Below are positions 1-11,915 of a stretch of 64,000 nt of DNA, in pieces (within the stretch, counting starts at the first letter, position 1; each line of letters opens with the position of its first letter). Both the position numbers and the translations under genes were made by a program. The notes below the pieces were generated by a model. That model was not told where the DNA came from. It did no database searches and worked only from the letters and a program-made list of their open reading frames with translations. The stretch lies in the NCBI GenBank assembly GCA_951406725.2, contig OX597816.1, forward strand, positions 50,344,001 through 50,408,000, in the 5' to 3' direction. This DNA is from Octopus vulgaris. Taxonomy: Eukaryota.

Positions 1-286
1 TCCATAGCTCAGTATCTAGGACGGGTAATCGTTTACTGGGGTGTCTAGAGGGGTAGTCTATGGTAAGTTTTATACTGCTGTGGATAGAGTCAGCTATGTG
101 TTGTATAGATGTCATCACCTGTTCTTCACTTGGTAGAGGGCCCATAACTGTGCCTGTATTACATTTCACAACAAGGTTAATGTCGTCGACATAACGAGAG
201 TACATAGCCAAGTGGATGTTACGGTTTGCTAGGCACTGTTTAAAACGCTTGTCCCACCATACCATGAAGAGGTTAGCAACGTCACC
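1..286 (-). mobile_element. Penelope-like element (PLE) reverse transcriptase fragment, 5'-truncated, running off the window start
   Basis: Minus-strand open frame GDVANLFMVWWDKRFKQCLANRNIHLAMYSRYVDDINLVV...IADSIHSSIKLTIDYPSRHPSKRLPVLDTELW. It has the catalytic YVDD (182-193), an upstream ANLFM and downstream IHSSIKLT...LPVLD motifs typical of PLE RTs. It abuts a (TA)n tract at 301. Confidence 0.85.
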
Positions 287-664
287 GACGTTGCTAACGA
301 TATATATATATATCGGATCCGTTACATATCTACATATACACATTTACGTACAGGACATATACAAGCAACCGACACACACAAACATATATTCATTTGTATA
401 TGTATAGATTTGTCTATCTATCTACCTATCTATCTCCCTTTCTTTCTACCGATATAAGTGTGTGTGATTGCTTATATAAATATATAAATATGCATGTATA
501 TATATTTGAATGCATGTATACGGGCATGTATATATATATATGTATGTATGAACGTACGTAATACGTAAATACATGTATGTATATATGAACGTACGTATGT
601 ATGTATATATAATCATTTCCATAAATTCATATATGTTTGAGACGTACTTATAGAATATTTTGCT

Positions 665-697
665 CAACCGTGGCCAGCGTCGCGCATGACCAGCTAG
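665..697 (+). mobile_element. Probable Helitron 3' terminus
   Basis: GC-rich degenerate hairpin (ccgtggccagcgtcgcgc) followed by CTAG (694-697) and T, the canonical Helitron 3' arrangement. The 5' end was not located. Confidence 0.4.
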
Positions 698-733
698 TGG
701 CCTTTTGCTGAACTATTACATGTGTAATTTTAG

Positions 734-824
734 AGTCAGCCGAGATTTCTTGACCGTCAGTATCACTCTATCTTGCAATGACAAATCTCTTCCCGAGGGA
801 AGGTTATTGACGAAACTTCATTGA
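734..824 (+). pseudogene. Putative Ig-superfamily pseudo-exon (B/C strands)
   Basis: After ttttag the frame reads VSRDFLTVSITLSCNDKSLPEGRLL, resembling the Ig strand-B pattern SVTLSC-xxx-x-P. The C-strand Trp is missing and there is an in-frame TGA at 822. Confidence 0.35.
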
Positions 825-1514
825 CGCATGGATTTAGAACATTTAAAAACTGCGCTGGGAAATGTAAATGATCGAATGGTGACCCATTCCACTTCAGTAT
901 AATTCTCTCTCTTTATACAAAATTCTAACTGTTTATACAAAAGACTAATGGTTCCTTTCAACAGAACTTTTCCATAAAATTATGTCATTATTTCCAATCA
1001 TTATATTCCATAAATCTACAAAGCAATAACCATTAAACCATTTTCACTCATGTAAGCACACACTTCACATATATGATCCCATATACACAGTATATAATCT
1101 AATTACATTGTTTACATTGATCGTTAACAAATTTGAAAATAATTATAAATTTTATAACTATATTAATAAATTATGATGTCTTAATTTAAAATATTAAATC
1201 ATGGATATACCCACATATCGCTTTACCAGTTCGGAAATGGCTGAAAGAAAGGGGTGTTTTTGGAACAACATCGTGCATTATGCCTCTTTTAATGAGGCAT
1301 ACTTCATATGAAAGTCCTTACGAGGTAAAGAAAAAATTTCGTATTATATCATAACATTGTGTATGTATGAGTATGTGTGTGTATGTGTGTGTGTGTGTGT
1401 GTATGTCTGTGTGCGTGTGTGACCATGCGAATGTCTGTAAACACACAGAAGCACACACAGATATATACATGCACATATGGTTATATAAATCAACATTTGA
1501 ATCATTTCAAATAG

Positions 1515-1704
1515 GTTTCGAAATATTTCTACAATATTTTGCCGAGGTCGGTCTGTCGACGAGTGTAATCAGCTTAACTGCTGAATCTGAAGTTTCATAT
1601 GGAAACAAAAATTTTGTAAGTTATTCCAAGGTCGTCTGCATTGCCGTAAACAATGTTGGTGATAGCCAACAACTTAGAAATGTGGTTATCGACATCCTAT
1701 ATAT
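1515..1704 (+). pseudogene. Putative Ig-superfamily (nephrin/sidestep/hemicentin-like) exon or pseudo-exon (D-G strands)
   Basis: Unique sequence between microsatellites with an AG at 1513-1514. Open frame ...LSTSVISLTAESEVSYG...KVVCIAVNNVGDSQQLRNVVIDILY carries the C-x-A-x-N-x-x-G F-strand motif and a VIDILY G-strand end. The donor (GT at 1705) is weak. Confidence 0.5.
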
Positions 1705-1791
1705 GTATATATTTAGGAATGTATGTTTGTATATATGCATGTATGTATGTATGCTCTGTGAAGTCCATGCATGTTTGTATGTATTGTTATG

Positions 1792-1831
<40 letters not shown>

Positions 1832-2169
1832 ATGGAGAAGAATATATGCAAGAAAGTAGTGAAAACAGAAGCATAAACCTCAAAAAAGAAAGACTAAAAT
1901 GAACCGCAACAAATCACCTCAATCAATCCATACGTGTGTTATAAATATCACCTGTAAAATACATTGCTGATGGTAGTGGTGTTTGAATATGTGATATCTG
2001 CATGTGTAAGTGTATATATTTAAGAGTATGTTCATTCTGAAATGAAAGGCGACTTGTGTATATAAATTTAAATGCTCAAACACATTATCAATGAGAATTC
2101 ACAAATTCACTGACAACTAAAATATACAGTCTGAAAGACATACAGCTATTAAGACAGAAGCACTTGGGA

Positions 2170-2498
2170 CCGGGTTCAGTCTCACTGCGTGGCACCTTGG
2201 GCAAGTGTATTCTACTATAGCCCCGGCCCGACCAAAGCCTTGTGAGTGGATTTGGTAGACGGAAACAGAAAGAAGCCCGTCGTATATATGTATGTGTGTC
2301 TGCGTTTTCCCCCCAACATAGCTTGACAACCGATGCTGGGTGTTTGCCTCCCCGTAACTTAGTGGTTCGGCAAAAAAGACCGATAGAATAAATACTAGGC
2401 TTACAAAGAATAAGTCCTGGGGTCGATTTGCTCGACTAAAGGCGGTGCTCCAGCATGGCCACAGTCAAATGACTGAAACAAAAGAGTAAAGAGTAAAG
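2170..2498 (+). mobile_element. tRNA-derived SINE, family A (5'-truncated)
   Basis: B-box GGTTCAGTC, CCTTGGGCAAG motif, internal microsatellite and (GAGTAAA)n tail. Closely matches the full copy at 60477-60917. Confidence 0.9.
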
Positions 2499-2764
2499 GT
2501 AAGGGTTGCTAAGAGACGATGAATACATGCACACCCTTATCATTTGCAGATAAAACGCTTATAGAAATGTGCACAAGAGAACATATATATGTATATATTA
2601 AGAAAATATGTATACATGTTCGTCTGTATGCATTGGTAAGAGTTAATATATGTGAAAATAAAGAAACTGTGCATATACAAGTACACACGGACACAAACAT
2701 AACCATATGCAAGCATATATGTTTGTGTAGGGGTTTGTATATGTATATGTATACATATAAACAT

Positions 2765-2808
<44 letters not shown>

Positions 2809-2862
2809 TTATATATATATATACATATAAATATATATATATACATATATATATATACATAC

Positions 2863-3114
<252 letters not shown>

Positions 3115-4246
3115 CGTGAACTGTAATGATTCACTTTGGAGTGCACGTAATCTTAACAATGAATCTAATCATTTTCTGCAATATCTCTGCTGATATTTGT
3201 ATTAACATCGGCGAACGAATAGAGTAATTAAGACTGAAATGTATCATGAATATATAAATAAATAATATATCTTTGTTGTAACGTTACTGGGAGCTCATCA
3301 ATTAATGCGATATTGTGTGAATTAGCTCTGTAATTTTAAGTAACTATTGTTTAGTGTAATATCTAAATATTAAAAATTTGTTTTAATGAACGTGTGATCA
3401 CGAAATCCTCGCGATTATTGCATTTTCAAGCAATCTCTTTGTATTTGTTATTTATTTGTATTGTGAATTTCTGTGAAGCATTAATTATTGCTTCCTTAGC
3501 CTGTTCTCGTGAAATTATCTAAAAGCATAATGTAACACATTTAAAAATTACCCTTCAATTTTCCTAGTGCTTCAATGTCTGACACATTCGAATACCTTCG
3601 GATGAACATTACCGATAATAACAATAAAATGGAATATTCTACTACCATTAGGTTGGATGCAACGTTCAACGTACCTTTAAATCTCACTTCAAAATAAATT
3701 TTGTATACTGGGCTCAGCTTTTTATTTTTCATTATTACTTGTATTGTTTAATTAATTTCTAAGTGTAACGTACATCGTTCGTTTATTTCTTTCGTCATAT
3801 TCGCTACGCATATGGTTTCTGCTATATAATTGATTATGTATGTACACCTCTAAGGTCAAGTGTTCGACCACTAAACCAGATCCCCGATCCGACTGACTGA
3901 CTAGTCTTCTGAGGAGAGTGTCTGGACACCTAGCAGGACAAACGACAAGGTCATTCGAAGGAGTGTTGAGTTTTATTGTAGCATATCAGTCACTCAGTTG
4001 GGGAAGGCAATGTCAAACCACACTGATATCCCTGGCAAGAAATCATTATGAGAAAGGTAGAAAAATAACGCTATGGTTTCACCCGATGAAAGGGCTTGCA
4101 TTTAATACGGAAATCTTTGGTTCAGGGTCATAAAATACGCTGCAAAATGTGGGATATACATGACGACGACGGAACTTATGAACTTTACCTGTAATTAAGT
4201 AATATATTTAAATGAGTCTGTGATTGTATATACACATTCAGATACA

Positions 4247-4304
<58 letters not shown>

Positions 4305-4322
4305 GTTATCTTTGTTATTAGA

Positions 4323-4359
4323 AATAATAATAATAATAATAAAAAAAATAATAATAACA

Positions 4360-4438
<79 letters not shown>

Positions 4439-4465
4439 TAATAATAATAATAATGATAATAATAA
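4323..4465. repeat. (AAT)n microsatellite
   Basis: Near-pure AAT trinucleotide run; it is the source of the poly-N/poly-I/poly-L ORFs. Confidence 0.95.
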
Positions 4466-4502
4466 AACTGCCAGCAAGATTTAACTAAATTGTTTTAGTA
4501 TG

Positions 4503-4544
<42 letters not shown>

Positions 4545-7118
4545 TGTTTCTTAAATTTTAGTCCGCCTGATATGTAATTTTCAAAAATATTTACACCCTT
4601 ATTTTTAAGTTAGTGTTCTCTTTAGATATCTATTTGCTGAATTGCTATCCATGATGATATATAAGCACCTAGGAACCCTTGACCCAAATACATAATACAC
4701 ACTATATATTTAGCGCCCCCACCCCCAGCTGACATCCTCCAGAATTGAAATCAGAATGTGAAGAGAACGAAGACTATCACGATACATTTTCCCGATGTCC
4801 CTAAAATTTCTAACAGCTCGCCTATATAATCTCCCTCTATCCCCCCACACTCTCTATTTCCCTCTCTCTCTGTCTCATGTTCTCATTCACACACATGTAT
4901 ATATCTATATGTCTTTCTGTGCTTGTATATATATATGTGCATGTACACAGACACACACACACACACACACATATATAGATATACCACCCAAGAAGATTTG
5001 ATTTTGTAAAGTCTTTTCCTTTTAGGAAGCAGTTGTTTCTATGGCGTGGCTCACTATATGGAGTTCTTAATCTAAACTATAAAAAGATGTATCTCTCTAT
5101 CACATTTTACAGTTGCTTATGTATTTGCGGAGATAATATTTTATATAACATTCTTCTATTTTTAATTGTTTCTTCTGTTTTCTTTAGAAAATAGTTCCCT
5201 TCTATTTTATATTTGAATGTATTTGTGTTGTGGTGTGTATATCGAAACAACATTGTATTTTCGAATACAACAGATACCATTAATTTCGTAACCATTGCAG
5301 TAAATCTTGAAAGTAATATCCCTGAACAAATTAGCGTGCGTGTGGCACTGTTGCAAGAAAAGATGTTTCATCTTTGTTTGTCGTTAACATTTTAACGATC
5401 ATTCTGGCGCCAGCACTTATATCTCAGAGAGAATTGTTAAATAACTGTACTGAACATGTACTACGATGAACTATTTTTTCTAAATTCTTATCGACGTTTA
5501 TTGTCCAGATCAGCTGCTTAACCTGTGCTCTTTATAAATTTCGCATTACTTGGTTTTGATTATGTTTATTTTGTAAGTACAGCATTTTCCAAGATATAAA
5601 TATATCCCAATGAAAGTAGATTGAAAAGATTTTGATATATTCGGTAAAGAATACTCTACAAAACGCAGAAAACACAATATAATTAGTTTCCAACAGCTAA
5701 AATAACCAGTAAGATATTACATTAATACACACACTTACATAGCTTAATTATACATAGCCTAAAGGAAGATATGTTATCAGTTAAGTATCTGGAGTGAACT
5801 AATAGAAACTTGTTTAGAACTGATTTTAGTATTCTGTATGTATAGAGCTAAAATTAGGATTGGCGATGACGCATTTAGGATATGCTGTTTTCTCAATTCC
5901 AGTTATGCCAGGGTTAACATTTTTTTCTTTCTTGCAGTAGTAGATAATATAATTATCAGTCTGTACCGACTTAATCTACGATTGATCCATGAAATTTACG
6001 TGAGCATACAGAGAGTAATAAAAATCAAACACACGGGAAACTTGAAAAGGAAATAGTTAATTGTAATGAGGAATATTTCACTATTATATTTTAATTTATT
6101 TCACTAACTCCAGTATATAATTTGAACTAAAGGCTAAGACATTCTTAATTAAAAATGCATGATTAAACCGAATCTTCTACTGTAAAAACATGAATTTAAC
6201 CTTCAGTGAAAAAGATAACAAAAAAAAAAAGTTAAGAGAGTAAGGATAAATAAATTACATTTATTTAAATTCAAGGACAACGAGAATCGAACATACCCTG
6301 TAATAATTCTCTACATTGCTGAATCTTAGAGGAAAATAAACTGCTTCTGTACTTGCATTTGTAATGTGTATAGTCGAAATGAATTAGAGCTGAATGCAAA
6401 GAACGAATGTTGTTAACAAGTCTATACTATTTTGCCAGATGTGTGTTATCTCATATTAAGAGATGAAGTGGTGTGTAATGATATCAGCATAATCGCTCTC
6501 GTGCAGTACTTTCTTCTTTTATGCTGGAAGAATATATTAGTAGATAGCGAAAGAGAAGCAAAAGAAAGAGATGGTGAAAGAGTGAGTGAAAGGAGCGACC
6601 GAACTGTGATGGCGCAGCAAAATTTTAATTCCTTCCATGGTACCGAGGAGCTACAATAACACCGAAATAACAAAATCTATCCCTTTTACTCATCCCGGAA
6701 ACATTTGTCTGGACTTAACTGGGAGATTCAGTGTTCTTAAGAAGAATTTTGCTTCACATGGGCTATAGCACATCATATAAGCAAATTGATTTTACACTAT
6801 CGTCACATATATGTCTAAGAGCGGGGATTCATTTCGTTTTGAGTGGTGTCGAGTACAGCGTTCCAAAGAGATATAATACTAGTGAAATATTGATATCTAT
6901 CATTGTAGCTCTCTTTGGGGTGAGTTCTCTACCCTGGCCTAGGACATTCAGTGAGCTTTAAGACTGCGTGTTGTATAGGAAGTTTTCCCTAGATGCTAGC
7001 AACATAGCATATACAAATGCATACACTGTGTATCTGTGACTGATAATGTTTAACTCTTTTGATTTCCTTAATCCCAAATGCACATTATCTATCTATCGAT
7101 TAATCTATCTACCTAGAT

Positions 7119-7149
<31 letters not shown>

Positions 7150-7202
7150 TAGATATAGGTAGATATAGATATATGTAAATATATATACATACACACACAC
7201 AA

Positions 7203-7243
<41 letters not shown>

Positions 7244-7282
7244 CATACCTACCTACCTACCTACGCCTTGTTTTAAACAGAC

Positions 7283-7433
7283 AGAAGGGGCTAAATACAG
7301 AGAGGACAAACAAGGGCAAAGGGATTAAGTCGATTACGTCGACCCCAGTGCGTAACTGGTACTTAATTTATCGACCCAGAAAGGATAAAAGGCAAAGTTG
7401 ACCTCGGCGGAATTTGAACTCAGAACGAAATAC
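7283..7433 (-). mobile_element. SINE family B, partial
   Basis: Matches the reverse complement of the copy at 32690-32917 (gagttcaaattccgccgaggtcaactttgcc...aagtaccagtt). Confidence 0.85.
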
Positions 7434-8105
7434 GTTCATATTATTCTTATACATGACACCGTTAGAGCGTCTCACAAGACGACTTAAGTAACTTAGTTAT
7501 TGCGCGTAAGATTATGATTCCATATCGCTGAGATGTCAACCTTTCATCTCACCTGAGTAAATGAAATAAAGTATGATTTAATAAGTAGCCGATGGAATCC
7601 ACTTACCCACTTTCGTCACCATTGTTGGCCTTGTGCCTGAATTATAAACCATTATTATTATAACTCGTTAACAGTTTCCTTTCGTGATCGGTAACACTAT
7701 CTTTCAATGCTTGACAATATAAATACCTACCTACTTATCTGCATGCATACCTAAATATCAATGTATGTATGTAGGCATGTATATATGTATGTATGCATGT
7801 AGGTAGGTAGGTATTTGTATTGTCAAGCATTGAAAGATAGTGTTACCGATCTCGAAATGAAACTGTTAACGAGTTATAATAATAATGGTTTATAATTCAG
7901 GCGCAAGGCGAACAATGGTGACGAAAGTGGGTAAGTGGATTCCATCGGCTACTTACTAAATCATACTTTATTTCATTTACTCAGGAGAGATGAAAGGTTG
8001 ACAGCTCAGCGATATGGAATCATAATCTTACGCTCAGTAACTAAGTTATTTAAGTCGCCTTGTCAGACGCTCTAACGGTGTCATGTATAAGAATAATATG
8101 AACGT
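7432..8105. repeat. Long inverted duplication (fold-back), arms about 315 bp
   Basis: 7432-7750 is the reverse complement of 7791-8105 with scattered mismatches (about 95% by eye). The spacer is about 40 bp of ATGT/TACC microsatellite. Confidence 0.95.
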
Positions 8106-8545
8106 GTCAATCTGGACAGCGGAAATTTAGGCCAAGAGCTGAATATGCACAAATGAGCTGAATCTGAAATTATAAGTAATAATTCAAATATTAATTATAT
8201 ATTTTTTAAACTTATCTTTTTAGTACATATTCTAAAGCATTTCATATCCCGCATGATCATTTCAAATCCCACTCTGCAAACAAATTTTAATGTGGTACTG
8301 AGCAGCATTTAAACATCCACGTTACATGAATATTAAAATGTTGTTACACATACATAGCCGAATTAGAGTATATTCGATAAAGTGCACTGTTGCTTCACAT
8401 AATTTTGAGAAATATAATTAAAGTTCTTATCAATTCCTGTATTATGCTATTACATACATATATGTGCAAATATTCTGTATAAATATAAAACATATATATA
8501 TATATATATATATATTTGTATGCATGTATATGCATATTTGTGTGA

Positions 8546-8606
<61 letters not shown>

Positions 8607-9837
8607 AGTACATATTTGTGTGTGTGTGTGTGTGTGTGTAAGCTCATGTAACTCTGAATGCGGTTACGTGTTTGTGTGCACATTATGTATTGAAATTATC
8701 TCAGTGATGGTATTTTACCAGATGTGAATAATTGAACGTATATATTAAAAACTGATGTCAAATTATATGTTTCAAATATGCCATTCATAACAGATACATA
8801 AAATTTCATACGCATTTTTATCATCGCGCATGCTTAAATACATACATGCATACACACATACATATTGTATATATATAATTATTCAGAACAAAATATTATA
8901 TCTGCATATGTTATATTGATCGATTCTTTAAAAACCACGTTTAAGTGTGCTTCAGCTTAAGTCATAGATATTATATATGCATGTGTGCGAGTGCTTAAGT
9001 TCGCTAAACATTTATATGCTTACCTGTATGCCTAAATGTATGTGCGCGCGACGATGTATGAACTTTTATTACGCGTATGTAAAATATGTCATGACATCCA
9101 ACCAAATCTACACCTGCCATCATAAATGGATGCAGAATTGTATCTGTGTGCGATATTCACACGTTCCATGCATAATATATTTCACTAATTTCGGTATTTA
9201 ATATTTCTGAGGAATTGGATTCTGTTAACGATGCAAATGTCAGATCAGGTATTAGCCACTATTACTAGAGATTTTATTGGAAAATAAATTACAACTGTAG
9301 CAGATTGTTGAGCTTCTCATAAAATAAATAAAAAAAACGTCCTTATAAAGATAATGTAGCAAATAATAACCAAAAATAAAATTATAATAATAATAATAAT
9401 ACAGTATTAAACAGATACGCAAACACACAACCGCGCATACAGGCGTGAACAATTCTTTCTTTAATGACAATTAGTACTAGCGAAAAATCTAATGAGATTT
9501 CAAAACTATCTTTTACATCTCACAAATATTCAAATTTTGCTTGATATTGTACAAGTTACTATTGACCCAGATACGCAAATTTTTTTCTCGAAACTGGTGT
9601 TTTAAATTTAGAAATAAAATTTTATAGCGGCTTACAATTTTTTAAAGACAGTATTTTTACATCGATAAAAACTAAGATCAATGTTAACAAAAGAAATACA
9701 CAGATAAGGAAATATAAAAGAAATGTTTATAACACATGAAAGTAAGTTAATCTCTCTCTCTCTCTCTCTCCCCTCTTTCTCCCTCTCTGATAGATAATAC
9801 ATTGAAACGTAAGTAGCTACACACGCATACACATATG

Positions 9838-10220
<383 letters not shown>

Positions 10221-10591
10221 AATCCTTAAATCCTTATAAATGGTTCAGCCCGAAAACTGCGGCCATGCTGGGGCACCACCGCTGACTGTGCTACACTAGT
10301 ATGTGAAACCACCTCTGTTACGTGGCGCTTGGTCAACAAGGGAGTTCAATGCCGCTGACCGCATCTGTGCTTCCTGCCAAGAGGTAGGTTCATCTGCAAC
10401 CCCTGTCAAGAAGAGATCGAGTACTAACGAATTGAAAACATACGAATGAAGATGACAGGGGAGGATGCGGAGCCTCATTCGTATGTTTTGAATTCGTTAG
10501 TACTGGATGTCGAGGCTGGTTTGTCTGAGGTTACTCAAATCAGATGGATATGTTCGAGTTTTAGTGCTCTCAAATTTAAATTTAATGAAAT

Positions 10592-10675
10592 CTTTGTGCT
10601 GATGACGGGAATGTTAGAATAGAGATGTATTTCTTACATCTCTATATCTGATTAACCCAGAAGCACGTTTAAAAG
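10592..10675 (+). ncRNA. Degenerate hammerhead ribozyme-like motif with extended stem II
   Basis: CTGATGA (10599-10605), c, ggg...ATAGAGATGTA/TACATCTCTAT...ccc, a, GAAG (GAAA variant), CACGTT (near-palindrome), TA, aaag pairing with an upstream cttt. Confidence 0.4.
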
Positions 10676-10961
10676 TAATTAAATTTCCAGTGAACTTTCG
10701 TTATTTTTCCCTCTATACCTACGTGAATTGTTTTTGAGTATACATTGTCTGGGAGACTCTTCTTATAGTAGAAGAAATAGCTAAATTCTTTGGCTGCTAT
10801 TTCTAAAAGTTCGGTATGTGGTAAAGCAAATTTTTTTTTGCTGAACCCTAATTATATGAAGTAATGTATAAATTTACCGTAAATGGTCCTTTTACATGCT
10901 GAACACTGCTTGGTAAAATTATTAATTACTCATTAATGAATTAATTTTGCCCTTTATTATC

Positions 10962-11018
<57 letters not shown>

Positions 11019-11084
11019 AAACATATGTACATATAATTATATATATATATACTCTCTCTCTATATATACAATATGCTCTCTCTG

Positions 11085-11328
<244 letters not shown>

Positions 11329-11622
11329 GGAGGTCTAGTGGTTAGGGCAGCGGATTCGCGATCGTAGAATCGCGGTTTCGATTCCCAGATCGGGCGTTGT
11401 GAGTGTTTATTGAGCAATAACACAACGAGGCTCCGGCAGGGGTGATGGCGATCCCTGCTGTACTGTTTCACCACAACTTTCTCTAACTCTTTCTTCTGTT
11501 GGCCTGCTCGTTTAGCCAGCGGGGTGGCGTCAATTGAAGGCTAAAACAATGCGAAGCGCATTGTGACCAGCGATGTTTAGCAACATCTGATAGCCTGGTC
11601 AGTCACGGTGATCAGAGTGATA
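11329..11622 (+). mobile_element. tRNA-derived SINE, family C
   Basis: A-box-like GGTCTAGTGG and B-box GGTTTCGATTCC. The body GGGCGTTGTGAGTGTTTATTGAGC...GAGGCTCCGGCAGGG is shared with 20906-21227. Confidence 0.8.
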
Positions 11623-11883
11623 TGTATGTATGTATGTTTGTATAACATTTTCGATGCATTGTAATCATATTAAAAATAGTACATTAAAAACTTATAGCGT
11701 GCCGCTTTGAATTTGAAATAGAGACATACCATGAATTCAAACTCTCAGACAACATTTCAAATATCAATATGCAAGCCTTAATTTTATAATATACAATTAT
11801 ATATTCCACTTCTGACAGATAATATTTTACAACGGTAGTACCCCACCATGACCACAGCTTTAAAACTAAAACATTATACATAC

Positions 11884-11915
<32 letters not shown>

